The notes beneath the pieces were generated by a model. It had not been told where the DNA came from, did no database searches, and saw only the letters and a list, made by a program, of their open reading frames with translations. Below, one piece after another: positions 1 to 9,781 of a DNA stretch of 64,000 nucleotides (its first letter is position 1; the number at the start of each line of letters is the position of its first letter). Made by a program: the position numbers and the translations under genes. This stretch comes from a candidate division WOR-3 bacterium (lineage in GTDB: Bacteria; Hydrothermota; Hydrothermia; JBDRYB01), in contig JBDRYB010000001.1 in NCBI GenBank assembly GCA_039803205.1, forward strand, positions 171,413-235,412, given 5' to 3'.

Positions 1-657
1 CTTTCCCCAGACACTTCCCCCGTAATCAGGGTAATCCCCCGTAATGAGGACATGGAGCCGCCCCTGACCATCAACCGCGCAGAACTGGGGATTCACATCA
101 AGAGCAACCGAATCCACGGCTCCGGTTGCGGGATCATACTCGTATAGCGCTCCAGGGCCGTAGGTATAGCTTCCGAGATCGTAGCCCGTGCAAACCACAT
201 ATATCCTTCCGCCAAAAGCGAGAACGCCCTCGGGGGCCTTCCCAACCCTTACCGAATCAACGAGGGAGTTGTTCTCCAGGATATAGAGCATGTCGGACGC
301 GAATCCGGATATGTATATCTTTCCATCAAGCATCGCACCACCGTATGGGTTGGATCCCGGTGGCATGGGTATGGTTGCCACGAGCTCAGGCGGAACGGTT
401 GGCCGGTAGATCATCACGGACGGGGTGCCTGAGAACCCTGAGTTCACGAGATAGAGGTAAGTCCCGTCGGAGAAGAGGATGTTTGGGGTAGCGCCAGCTG
501 GGACCGGATCAACGAGGCTGTCCTCGTTTGGCAGATACACGGCTATTGCCTCTGCCATGTCCTCCACGATATATACCGAGTATTGGGGTTGGGCCTCTGG
601 CTCCCTGTGGCAAGAGAGTGCCAAGAGGACCGCGCTCATATATTTAATCCTTCTCAT
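1..657 (-). CDS. YncE/BtuG-like beta-propeller lipoprotein (partial, runs off the window; not in ORF track)
   Basis: Manual translation from ATG 657 (GGAGG at 663-667): MRRIKYMSAVLLALSC (lipobox-like), then YncE-type blades (TPNILFSDGTYLYLVNSG, VGKAPEGVLAFGGRIYVVCTG). Open to position 1; directly downstream of the B12 receptor. Confidence 0.8.
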   Translation of the reverse strand, partial: MRRIKYMSAVLLALSCHREPEAQPQYSVYIVEDMAEAIAVYLPNEDSLVDPVPAGATPNILFSDGTYLYLVNSGFSGTPSVMIYRPTVPPELVATIPMPPGSNPYGGAMLDGKIYISGFASDMLYILENNSLVDSVRVGKAPEGVLAFGGRIYVVCTGYDLGSYTYGPGALYEYDPATGAVDSVALDVNPQFCAVDGQGRLHVLITGDYPDYGGSVWGK

Positions 658-659
658 CT

Positions 660-2213
660 TTACCTCCAGGTTATTTCCAAGACGAACCTTCTGCCCGGTA
701 TGGGATACCCGGCTATTTGCTGTGGGGTCTGATCCGAGAGGTTTAGAAACGATAGGGAGATACCGAAGCGCTCTCTAGTCAAAGAGGCTCCGGCATCCGC
801 CAAGAGGAAACCCTGCAGCTCCCTAACGCCTCCCGGGGTGGTCACCCTTGGGCCAAGGTAATTCAGGCAAAGCCATAAATTTCTCCAGGAGAGCCTCGCG
901 TGTGCCTTCCAGTCCGGAACATGCGCGAGGCGCCTCGCGCTCCAACGAACAGGATTCCAGGAAACCGTAGCCTCAAAGAAGGCCTCCCTCGCGGAGAACC
1001 CCGCCTCCGGAGCCATAACCCGATCCAGATTCACTGGGCTCCACCTATCCCCCGGAACCCAGGCTATGTAATCATCAACGAGCTTGAGAGAGGCCCAAGC
1101 TCTGAGGTTGTCGGACTCAAGGCCGAGCTCTCCGCCCCACATCTTTTCGGGCCTGAGGAGAGGATTGCCCTTCGCGAACCCATCATCTGGCCAGGCAAGG
1201 TCGTTTATGGCAGGGGCGACTGCATCGCAGAAACCCGCGGCCCTGAACCAAGAGATCCTCAAGCCAGCCTCTCCAACCGGAAAGGCGTTCAGGGTTTCGG
1301 GGCCCTTCCAGAGCACTCCGCCGAGCTGGCAGAACCACCTTTCTCGGATGAGCGCGACCTTTGGCCTCGCGGAATAGGTCACAACGCCAAGCGCGCTCGG
1401 CCTCGCCAGCTCAATGCTCAAACCCAATTTGGAAAATCTCATGCCTATGTTCGCGGCTGTGGTCCTGGAAACCCTGACCTCATCCGAATACGCGATCGCG
1501 TCCCTCAGACCGAAAACACACAGTTCCCCGTAGCTCAAGGAGATGAGCGCTATTGTGTCGGAGAGCCGCGCGGATGGGGTTGGGGAGCCTATGGGGCCAG
1601 GCGATCCCCTCTCTGTCGCGCTAGCTAATAGGCTGGCTGAGAGGTTTCCCGATAGGAATGCCCCTGTAGCCCCGATCTGCTTCTCATCAGAGTTCCTTCT
1701 CCTTGCCTCTCTTCCGAACTCATCCGCGTAGGGATAGCAGTTATCGGCTCTCCTGTATGATAGTCCCCAGAGGGCCGGCCCCATCCGTAAGAATCCGGCC
1801 CCCCCGAAAAGACCAAAACTCCCAGCGAAAAGCCGGGCCTCGGAGGTATCAGGCAACCATAGCCTGATCTCCGGGGACCCGGAAAGCATCAGGATGCCGC
1901 GGCCCATTAATGGCATTGGCAAGAGGGAAAGGTCAACGGTGCCGCTTGCGGGAGAATTCACGGGAACCCCAGCGAGGAGGACCCTCGTGTGCCTGGATGG
2001 GAGGCCGGAGAGCCCAGGGGTCATCATGCCCCCATAATCGTAGAGCCCAAATTGCCTGAGGGTAGCGGAGGGTTCTGTCCCAACCATCAAGGACTCAGCC
2101 CTTATGCCAGGCAAGGAGGCGGTTGCGATCACCTCCTGAACCTGATAAACGGGCAAGGAATCCTCATCAGGCGAGGCTCCTGCGATCGCACAAGCTATCA
2201 AAAACATCCCCAT
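660..2213 (-). CDS. btuB: TonB-dependent receptor, probable cobalamin transporter (short, 517 aa)
   Basis: TonB-box-like QEVIATAS, plug motif HTRVLLAGVPVNSPASGTVDLSLLP, GNPLLRPEK, C-terminal YPIPGRRFVLEITW; preceded by a cobalamin riboswitch. Confidence 0.75.
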   Translation of the reverse strand: MGMFLIACAIAGASPDEDSLPVYQVQEVIATASLPGIRAESLMVGTEPSATLRQFGLYDYGGMMTPGLSGLPSRHTRVLLAGVPVNSPASGTVDLSLLPMPLMGRGILMLSGSPEIRLWLPDTSEARLFAGSFGLFGGAGFLRMGPALWGLSYRRADNCYPYADEFGREARRRNSDEKQIGATGAFLSGNLSASLLASATERGSPGPIGSPTPSARLSDTIALISLSYGELCVFGLRDAIAYSDEVRVSRTTAANIGMRFSKLGLSIELARPSALGVVTYSARPKVALIRERWFCQLGGVLWKGPETLNAFPVGEAGLRISWFRAAGFCDAVAPAINDLAWPDDGFAKGNPLLRPEKMWGGELGLESDNLRAWASLKLVDDYIAWVPGDRWSPVNLDRVMAPEAGFSAREAFFEATVSWNPVRWSARRLAHVPDWKAHARLSWRNLWLCLNYLGPRVTTPGGVRELQGFLLADAGASLTRERFGISLSFLNLSDQTPQQIAGYPIPGRRFVLEITWR

Positions 2214-2297
2214 AACCTCTTATGGGGAGCCATACGGGAAGGCCAGAGAGTTATGCATTTGCCCCTTTCCCCGGAGGCTCCAACTCGTTGGTTTTCG

Positions 2298-2452
2298 GGC
2301 AAGGTTTTCCGGCTTCCGGCTCAGAGGCCCTCGCCTTCCCAGGAGAGCGGCTCTCACCTACAACTCCCAGTGGCATTCTGAGGGCCCCTATCTGCCAGTC
2401 ACGGCTGCGGGGACAGCCCGGGATTCTCACCCGGTTCCCTTGAACCCAGGAG
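2298..2452 (-). promoter_or_regulatory. Cobalamin riboswitch
   Basis: Minus strand reads AGGGAACCGGGTGAGAATCCCGGGCTGTCCCCGCAGCCGTGA...GCCACTGGG...GGGAAGGC...GAAGCCGGAAAACCT, the conserved B12-element motifs in canonical order. Confidence 0.92.
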
Positions 2453-2456
2453 GAAA

Positions 2457-2486
2457 ATTATAGACCATAACCCCGCAGGGATGCAA
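2457..2486 (-). promoter_or_regulatory. Sigma70-type promoter for the riboswitch/btuB transcript
   Basis: TTGCAT-18 nt-TATAAT places the start site at about 2450, the riboswitch 5' end. Confidence 0.6.
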
Positions 2487-2524
2487 GTTGAATTCGCGGC
2501 CTCTTTTGCCTTAACCTTATAGCT

Positions 2525-4366
2525 ATGCTATGGGAGATCTTTTGCCTGGGTATACTCAGCCAACAGCCTGATACCTCAAAAAAAGACACGATGTTCGGCG
2601 CCGGAACCGAAATGGAAGAGGAGGTCACGGCTATTGGCGAATACAGGATAAAGGACATGCGGATGCCCCTTTTGGACCCTCCTTTCAACGCCATAGAGGC
2701 AATAAACCTTTCCCTCGCTCAACAAGGCGCACCGGAGGATGTGATCTCAGCCGCTTCATCCCTCTCATCAAGGGTAAGCGCGCTTGACACGGCCGGCGCG
2801 CTTAGGGTTGCCCAGGGGGTTAAGGTCAAGGGGGAGTACGCCAAATCCGGCGAGTTTCTTGCCGCTGTAGCGGATTACTCCTTCGGGAGATACTGGCTCT
2901 CAGCAGGGGATCTGAAGGACTTCGTAAACAAAAACCGAGGATTCCCTCTGGGCCGGGAGGCGAGGGCCTTGGCTGTCCTCTCATACCTATACTGGGGCAG
3001 GTTCGCGGAGGGCCAAGCAGTTGGCTCTGTGTATGTGAAGGAAGGAGAAGAGGATGTTGAGAGGGGTTTCTGGAACGGTTGGACGATCTGGGCCACCGGA
3101 ATGTGCAGCTATTTCAAGGGGGACTATGAGGTCGCGGAACGCTACTTCCTGGAGAACATAACCCACAATTCGGATTCCCTTGTGGTTCTTTACTCAAGGC
3201 TCGGTGCTGGCTGGTGCAACCTTCACGAGGCCAGGCCCCAGGACGCCAAGGCGCAGTTAGAGATAGTTCTCCTGAGCGCGCCTGAGGGGTCCGATCTCGC
3301 GAGATGCGCTGAGCTGGGCACAGCAATAGCGGTCTTCAATATGGGAAAATATCAGGATGCCTACAAAAGGCTCAACGAGATAAGCGTGCCTTTGCCCAGA
3401 AATCCGTATCTTGCCGCTGAGATACTCTATCAGAAAGGGACTATGGGTGAGGTGATGAGGGATTATGCGGGGTCAGAGCGCTCATGGCGTCAGGTCATAG
3501 AGGATTACGGCAACCTTCCGCAGGCCGCGGACGCGGCTTTCAGGCTCGGTCAGTCATACGCGGCCGGCGGCGACAACGAGCACGCTACAGCCATACTTGA
3601 GTGGCTCGTGAAGCAGTTCCCGGATTATCCGAAGAACGACAGGGCAATATACATGCTCGCCGAGATGTATTTCTCCCTGAAGGATTTCAGGAGCGCCCTG
3701 ATGAAGTTCAAGGAGTTTCTGGCCCGGTTCCCCAACAACCGGCTCGTGCCTGATGTGAGGGAGCGCCTGGCGCAGACATACTACGCCATCGCGCTTGAGG
3801 ATGAAAGCATACTTCCGGAGTTTGAGAGGGAATTTCCAAACTCACAGGAGCTCGCTGAGTCATACTATTACTGGGCCGTGAAACACTACGAGGAGGGAGT
3901 TGCAAAGCAAAACAACTCTGAATACGATACATCCGCGGCCCTATTCCACAAGATGGCGCTTCTTTTCCCAAAGCACAGGAGGGCATCGGACGCCTTGTTC
4001 TATGCGGGGCAGATCTACTTCAACCAGAAGAAATACTCCCTCTCCGCTGACCTCCTTGACAAGTTCATAAGATCCTATCCGGAAAGCGAGCACAGGAATG
4101 AGGCCGCGGTCCTGGTGGGAATGTCCTATGTGATAATAAATAGGCCCATGGAAGCGGTGGGGCTTTTGACCGATCTCCTGAATACCTCTTCTGAGCCCGC
4201 TGATCGGGCGGTTGCCCATCACTACCTCGGGCTAGCCTACATACAGCTGGGAGATGTAGAGAAGGCCTTAGATCATCTGAATGATGCCGCTCTCATTTAC
4301 CAAGACCTGGGCAGGATGGAGGACCTTGAGACCATAAACAAGATCAAGAAGGAGCTGGTCAAGTGA
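2525..4366 (+). CDS. Tetratricopeptide repeat protein (BamD/CpoB-like TPRs), probably exported
   Basis: Repeated motifs such as QVIEDYGNLPQAADAAFRLG, LVKQFPDYPKNDRAIYMLA, FPKHRRASDALFYAG; short hydrophobic N-terminus. Confidence 0.8.
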   Translation: MLWEIFCLGILSQQPDTSKKDTMFGAGTEMEEEVTAIGEYRIKDMRMPLLDPPFNAIEAINLSLAQQGAPEDVISAASSLSSRVSALDTAGALRVAQGVKVKGEYAKSGEFLAAVADYSFGRYWLSAGDLKDFVNKNRGFPLGREARALAVLSYLYWGRFAEGQAVGSVYVKEGEEDVERGFWNGWTIWATGMCSYFKGDYEVAERYFLENITHNSDSLVVLYSRLGAGWCNLHEARPQDAKAQLEIVLLSAPEGSDLARCAELGTAIAVFNMGKYQDAYKRLNEISVPLPRNPYLAAEILYQKGTMGEVMRDYAGSERSWRQVIEDYGNLPQAADAAFRLGQSYAAGGDNEHATAILEWLVKQFPDYPKNDRAIYMLAEMYFSLKDFRSALMKFKEFLARFPNNRLVPDVRERLAQTYYAIALEDESILPEFEREFPNSQELAESYYYWAVKHYEEGVAKQNNSEYDTSAALFHKMALLFPKHRRASDALFYAGQIYFNQKKYSLSADLLDKFIRSYPESEHRNEAAVLVGMSYVIINRPMEAVGLLTDLLNTSSEPADRAVAHHYLGLAYIQLGDVEKALDHLNDAALIYQDLGRMEDLETINKIKKELVK

Positions 4367-4375
4367 GCCCTTACC

Positions 4376-5752
4376 TTAGCAGTCGCCCCTTCTGATCGCG
4401 GCCGCGCCGGCCACCAAAGCCGCAAAAGGCGCCCAGGCGACCCGGAACCGGGCCATGGACCCTGGCCCGGGAAGGAGAACGAGGTAGGCAAGGTATAGCA
4501 TCGGGAAAATAACCATGGGGTTCCTCCGCCCGCGCCAAGCCCCAAGAACGAATAGCAGGTATATTCCGAGCAGAATAGCCGCCTGGGGAATCCAGAGTAG
4601 AAGCGTGGCCTTTTCCCTACGCCAGAGCCTAGCCAGCTCATCCCTGAACGCGGAAAAGCCTTGTCCGGCAAGCCTCAGGTATAGATCCGAGTGTACCCAC
4701 CTACCGGTAAGGATGTAGGAGGTGTTTATCGCTGGCATAAGGCCACGGGGCAGGCCTTTGAGATACACCAGAAAATAATCAACCGGATGCTGAAGAATGT
4801 AATCCGTAGATCTCTCGGCCATGAGCCTTGCCGCGAGCATGGGGTTTGAATCCGCCTCAGCGAGAATGGCCCCCATTTCCCTCACTATTTCCGAATCCAT
4901 GGTCAGAAAATCCTTGCCTTCAATCCTGGCCCTAACAGCCGCATAGTGATACCTCATCAGGGTATAGCCCTGAATGCTGGTAAGCTCTGGGACACGGAAC
5001 TCCAAATAGTTTCTCAGATACCAGAGGCCAATCCCCCCTAAGTAAATTATCAGAGCAAGGCCCGCGCTGAGGGTTCTTTTCCAGGCCCTCCGGACGATAT
5101 AAAAAAGGCAAAGGCCCAGAAATAGCAGAGGGAAAAGGTAAAGCGATGTGGGCTTGGTCAGGGTAGCTGAGGCAGAGGAAACCCCAAGTAGCAGTGCAAA
5201 CAGAGGGTGAGGTTTATCCCACCAAACAAAAAGAAGAAGCAGGGAAAGCACGAGGATGAACGCGAAAAGGGTCTCAGCCATGACCCCAGAGGCCATGAGA
5301 AAGGAGGAAGGCTCACAAGCGAGCGCCAGAGCGGCAAGAAGCCCACCCTTTTGCCCCCAGAGCCTTTTCCCGATACAGAATACGAGGGCCACCGTGAGGG
5401 TTGAAAGGATGACCTGGAATAGGGTTGCGGCCGTAGTGGAGCATCCCGTAGGCCAGTAAAAGAGCGCGAGAAAGAGGGGATAGCCAGGGGTTCTGTCGGG
5501 GTCCGGATCCGAGACAGAGGTTTCTGCGCCACAGTTATGGGGGTTTGGGCAGATCACATAGGAGGCCATGGGCCAGGTGCTGAAGGCGTGGTGTTTAACG
5601 AGATTGGTCGCTATATAGTGATACTGATATGTGTCTGTGCCTTCCCCTCCCCAGAGATACCTCTCAGGGTGCCGTATGCCAAAACTCCAAGGAATGAGCC
5701 TGAGGCAGAGCGCGAGGCCCAGGGTTAGCCAAAGCCACCTGAAGTTGAACAC
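4376..5752 (-). CDS. ArnT/PMT-like (GT-C) membrane glycosyltransferase
   Basis: Multi-TM; DTYQY loop, RTPGYPLFLA, MAETLF, LTKP, RFRV motifs. Confidence 0.75.
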   Translation of the reverse strand: MFNFRWLWLTLGLALCLRLIPWSFGIRHPERYLWGGEGTDTYQYHYIATNLVKHHAFSTWPMASYVICPNPHNCGAETSVSDPDPDRTPGYPLFLALFYWPTGCSTTAATLFQVILSTLTVALVFCIGKRLWGQKGGLLAALALACEPSSFLMASGVMAETLFAFILVLSLLLLFVWWDKPHPLFALLLGVSSASATLTKPTSLYLFPLLFLGLCLFYIVRRAWKRTLSAGLALIIYLGGIGLWYLRNYLEFRVPELTSIQGYTLMRYHYAAVRARIEGKDFLTMDSEIVREMGAILAEADSNPMLAARLMAERSTDYILQHPVDYFLVYLKGLPRGLMPAINTSYILTGRWVHSDLYLRLAGQGFSAFRDELARLWRREKATLLLWIPQAAILLGIYLLFVLGAWRGRRNPMVIFPMLYLAYLVLLPGPGSMARFRVAWAPFAALVAGAAAIRRGDC

Positions 5753-5871
5753 ACGGAAATTATAGGCTTAGGGTGAATCTGAATTCAAAAACCTAAACAA
5801 AAAGCCCTTGGACCAAGGGAACCGTAGCTCTAAGGATGCAATCCCAGCCCCCCAGCCATTATACTCTCAGG

Positions 5872-6315
5872 GTGGTAATTAGGCCAGCCAGGCCGGAGGA
5901 TATTGAGCCTGTCCTCGCGATAGAAAAGGCCTCTTTCCCCGAATCATCCTGGAGCAAAAACGCCTTCCTTTCCGAGCTCGTGAAAACGGGGACCCGGTTC
6001 TGGGTCGCTGATGATGGCGAGGTCGTCGGCTACATCGTTGTCTGGGACATGGTTGATTACCTTTATATTGCCAACATCGCCGTCCGGGAGGACAAGAGGG
6101 GCAGGGGCATAGGGAAGTCCCTCATGCGCGCCTGTTTGGATGAGGCGATTGAGACCCGCAGAAAGGCAATACTCCTGGATGTCAGGGTTTCAAACCAGAG
6201 GGCGAGGAGATTTTACGAGGGCCTCGGTTTCGTGGAGATGAGGCTGAATCCCAGGTTTTACGGCACTGAGGACGGGATAACATACATCCTGATGCTGGAG
6301 GGCCGGGGCCATTGA
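5872..6315 (+). CDS. rimI: Ribosomal protein alanine N-acetyltransferase (GNAT)
   Basis: IEKASF..W, NIAV..RGRGIG, LDVRVSN..A..FYE.LGF. Start moved to GTG 5872, 6 nt after TATACT. Confidence 0.85.
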   Translation: MVIRPARPEDIEPVLAIEKASFPESSWSKNAFLSELVKTGTRFWVADDGEVVGYIVVWDMVDYLYIANIAVREDKRGRGIGKSLMRACLDEAIETRRKAILLDVRVSNQRARRFYEGLGFVEMRLNPRFYGTEDGITYILMLEGRGH

Positions 6316-6375
6316 TTAAAACGACCCTTAGTGGGGCTGGAAGCCCCGCTAACGGAAAGCGTATAATTTTCAGCC

Positions 6376-7518
6376 ATGAAATACGCTATCGTGGGCGCGG
6401 GGAGAATGACCAAGGCTGTCCTCCGCGACCTTCTTAGGCACCCTGACACAGAGATCGTTCGCCTGGGTGATGTTGATCCGGAAAGGGCAAACGCGCTGGC
6501 AGGGGTTTTCCGTGATAAAAGGATAATCCCATCCCGGCTTGACGCACGGGATCCAAACCAGCTGGATCCCTTTCTTGAAGGCACCGATGTCTGCGTTTCT
6601 GCGGCCAGCTATTCGGTTAACCTTGAAGTAACCCGGGCCTGCATTCGCGCGAAAACCCACATGGTTGACATGGGCGGGAACAACAGCGTAGTAAATGCGC
6701 AAAAGGCCCTTTCGGATGACGCCGCAAGGGCTGGCGTAACGATCGTCCCGGACATGGGGCTAGCGCCCGGACTAGCTGATGTTCTCGGTGGGTCGTTCGC
6801 GGAGGAGCTTGATACCGTGCACGAGATACGCCTCAGGGTTGGCGGGCTTCCTCAGAATCCAAGGCCCCCTCTGAACTACGGCCTCATTTTCTCGGTTGAG
6901 GGCCTAATAAACGAGTATGTTGAGCCCTGCCTGGTCATAAGGAACGGCAAAAAGCAAGTAGTCGAGCCCCTTACGGATGTTGAGGAGATATTTTTTCCCG
7001 AGCCTTTCGGAAGGCTTGAGGCGTTTAATACCTCCGGAGGCTCATCAAACCTCCCGGATATGTTTGAGGGCAAGCTAAGGGAGCTTGATTACAAGACGAT
7101 CCGCTATCCTGGCCACTGCGAAAAGATGAGAACCATCCTTGAGCTCGGCCTGATGAGTCACGGCCCCATAAAGGTTGATGGGGTTGATGTTAGTCCGAGA
7201 AGGGTTCTTGAGACCCTAATTGAGATGACCGTCCCCCACATAGAGGACGATGTAACTCTGATGAGATGCTGGGCTATTGGCGAGAAGGATGCAAGGCCTG
7301 TTCGGATTGAATACGAGATGATAGATTATGCCTCAGAGGGCCTCACATCCATGATGAAGACGACGGGTTTCCCGGTCTCCGTTACCGCGCGGATGCTCGC
7401 GGACGGGAGGATCTCCAAAAGGGGTGTCCTCTTGCCTGCCGAGTGCGTTCCGGTCTCAGATATGATAAGGGAGCTCGCTGAGCTCGGAGTCAGGATAGAA
7501 AAGAGGGTTATCGTGTAG
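6376..7518 (+). CDS. Saccharopine dehydrogenase family / lysine 6-dehydrogenase
   Basis: Rossmann GAGRM, GLAPGL, VGGLPQNP.PPLNY..FSVEGLINEY, LEAFNTSGG, YKTIRYPGH. Confidence 0.85.
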   Translation: MKYAIVGAGRMTKAVLRDLLRHPDTEIVRLGDVDPERANALAGVFRDKRIIPSRLDARDPNQLDPFLEGTDVCVSAASYSVNLEVTRACIRAKTHMVDMGGNNSVVNAQKALSDDAARAGVTIVPDMGLAPGLADVLGGSFAEELDTVHEIRLRVGGLPQNPRPPLNYGLIFSVEGLINEYVEPCLVIRNGKKQVVEPLTDVEEIFFPEPFGRLEAFNTSGGSSNLPDMFEGKLRELDYKTIRYPGHCEKMRTILELGLMSHGPIKVDGVDVSPRRVLETLIEMTVPHIEDDVTLMRCWAIGEKDARPVRIEYEMIDYASEGLTSMMKTTGFPVSVTARMLADGRISKRGVLLPAECVPVSDMIRELAELGVRIEKRVIV

Positions 7519-7778
7519 GCCCGAGCTCGCTCAAGCCCAACTTTGACACCAGAACCCTGATCTTTGGGGCTTTGCCTCTGAGTTCCGTATAAAATCAGGT
7601 TTTTTTATTTTCTGAGGACAAGCTCATAGCCACCCTTTCAGGGTTCAGCGGGAAGGTCAGGTTTTCAAGGCATACGGGAGATGGAACTCCGGAAGGGCTT
7701 AGGCCCAAAATCAGCTAATGGGTTCCGAAAAAACGGGTGTTGCTATTACCTACTGATTAGCTATATAATATAAAAGCT

Positions 7779-9749
7779 ATGCTTTTGGCTTTTCTGCTAT
7801 CAACAACCCTCCACGGCATGATCGCGGACGCGGAGACGGGTAACCCTCTTGCTGGTGCCGCGGTTGTCGTCGAGGGCAAGGGTGTGGGCACATACTCTGA
7901 TGAAAGTGGCCATTTTATGCTCACGAACGCGCCCGATCCCCCAATAACTCTCCTCATAAGCATGCTTGGATACCAAACCGAGAGGATTGAGCTCTTGGAA
8001 ATTCCCTCTCACCTCTCAGTTGGTTTGAAACCAGCCGCAATAGGCTCGGAGGAGATAGAAATAATCTCCTCACCAACCCTCCACGATATGAGTCAGTCTC
8101 CTGTGCCAACGCAGAAGCTTGATGCCATACGACTTCAATCAGCAAACCAGACCTCCCTCCAGGATGCGCTAAGGCTCTTGCCCGGCATAACGGTATCAGG
8201 GGATCAGTCATCTGGGGCCGCGGATGGTTTCAGCCCTCGTCTCCAAGGGCTCCTTGCCCACCACACCTTAGTTCTCCTCGATGGCAAGCGCTTGTTCTGC
8301 CACGATGGGGCTGGCTCCAACATCTCCTCGGTTCCCCTACTACTGGTTGAGAGGATTGAAGTGATAGAAGGTGCTTCCTGTGCCATTCACGGCTCAGACG
8401 CTCTGGGAGGGATAATCAACATCATAACCAAAAAACCCTCTCCTGAGCCCATGCATGCTTTCAGGGCCAATTATGGCACATATGGGAACCTGGAGGTGGG
8501 CGCCGCTTTCGGCGGGCCCGGCCCAGCTGGTTCTGCCTACATTCTGAGCATGGGCCAAAAGGCCTACGAAGGCAGAAGAGAGTCCGATGCCTACGAGAGG
8601 CTGAGCGCCTCCTGGAAGTCCGCGTGGAAGGGCTTCAGGCTGAACGGGGATTACAGCGAGGGGACATTGGGGCGTGAGAATCCGGAGCGTTTCTGGAACA
8701 CAATAGGTGAGGCGGGGTTCACTTGGATGGCTGGGTTCTCCCACAACGAGTTAAGCGCCTACGCTAACCACTATGGGAGGGCATATGGCTCATCTGATGC
8801 GACAAACCTCGTTGCGGAGATAAAAGGGGAATCTCACCTTGGGGTCTCATACCATAACCTGATGATGGGCGCGGTCCTCAGGCAGAACCAGTTTGAGCGC
8901 ACAGGCCTTTCTTTGTCCTCTGAGTCATTCTATGGATTTTACTTTGAGGACGACGCGAGGCCGCGAGGATGGCTCAATCTCGATCTGGCCGGCAGGCTCG
9001 ACCGTTATCCAATCGGTGGTTTCCAGCTGACACCTAAGGCCGGTTTCCAACTGGAGCCGAACCGGAGCCTCGTAATAAAGGCTTATTTCGGCAGAGGATT
9101 CAGGGCCCCCAGCCTCCAGGATAGATACGAGGAAAATGTCCCCGCCGGCAGTTATTACAGACAGGGGAATCCGAACCTCGTTCCAGAAATAGCCACGAGC
9201 TACTCATCCGGAATTAAGTTCTCGCCCATCAGCTTCATGAGCTTGAGCGTTTCAGGTTTTTACAACAAAGTAAGCAACATAATGGTCCCTCTTCCTACCG
9301 GAGATTCCCTGGACGGATTGCCTGTCCTCACCCTGCAAAACATCCCCAAGGCCCATTCATGGGGAGTATCACTGAATCTGAGGCTGGAAAGGGAGCCGGC
9401 CTGGGCTGACCTCTCCTATACTTATCTGAACACCAGGGACGACAGCACGGGGATGCCCCTTGGATATGAGCCAAAACACACCCTCTCTGGCCAGCTCACC
9501 TTTGAACAGAGAGGTATTGGCGCGAGCCTCACTGGCGAGTTGGTGAAGGATAGGCTTTATGTCGGAGGGCTAAGGCTTCCGGATTATTTCCTGCTCAACC
9601 TGAACCTTTTCGCGAGGCCACTGAACGGCGTTCAGGTCAACTTTGGGGTTCAGAACCTCCTTGATGAGAAGAACCTCACCTCTGCGGATGGCAGTGCCTC
9701 CCTGTGGGCAGGAAGGGCCTTTGGCGGAGGCATGAATGTGAGGTTCTAG
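7779..9749 (+). CDS. TonB-dependent receptor with N-terminal CarboxypepD_reg-like domain
   Basis: G.IADAETGNPL.GA.V N-domain; plug HTLVLLDG, VERIEVIEG..GSDALGGIINIITK; GFRAPS, GNPNLVPE; C-terminal F. Confidence 0.9.
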   Translation: MLLAFLLSTTLHGMIADAETGNPLAGAAVVVEGKGVGTYSDESGHFMLTNAPDPPITLLISMLGYQTERIELLEIPSHLSVGLKPAAIGSEEIEIISSPTLHDMSQSPVPTQKLDAIRLQSANQTSLQDALRLLPGITVSGDQSSGAADGFSPRLQGLLAHHTLVLLDGKRLFCHDGAGSNISSVPLLLVERIEVIEGASCAIHGSDALGGIINIITKKPSPEPMHAFRANYGTYGNLEVGAAFGGPGPAGSAYILSMGQKAYEGRRESDAYERLSASWKSAWKGFRLNGDYSEGTLGRENPERFWNTIGEAGFTWMAGFSHNELSAYANHYGRAYGSSDATNLVAEIKGESHLGVSYHNLMMGAVLRQNQFERTGLSLSSESFYGFYFEDDARPRGWLNLDLAGRLDRYPIGGFQLTPKAGFQLEPNRSLVIKAYFGRGFRAPSLQDRYEENVPAGSYYRQGNPNLVPEIATSYSSGIKFSPISFMSLSVSGFYNKVSNIMVPLPTGDSLDGLPVLTLQNIPKAHSWGVSLNLRLEREPAWADLSYTYLNTRDDSTGMPLGYEPKHTLSGQLTFEQRGIGASLTGELVKDRLYVGGLRLPDYFLLNLNLFARPLNGVQVNFGVQNLLDEKNLTSADGSASLWAGRAFGGGMNVRF

Positions 9750-9781
9750 TGGCACTCAAACGGGTCGGCCGATGCGGAGAT

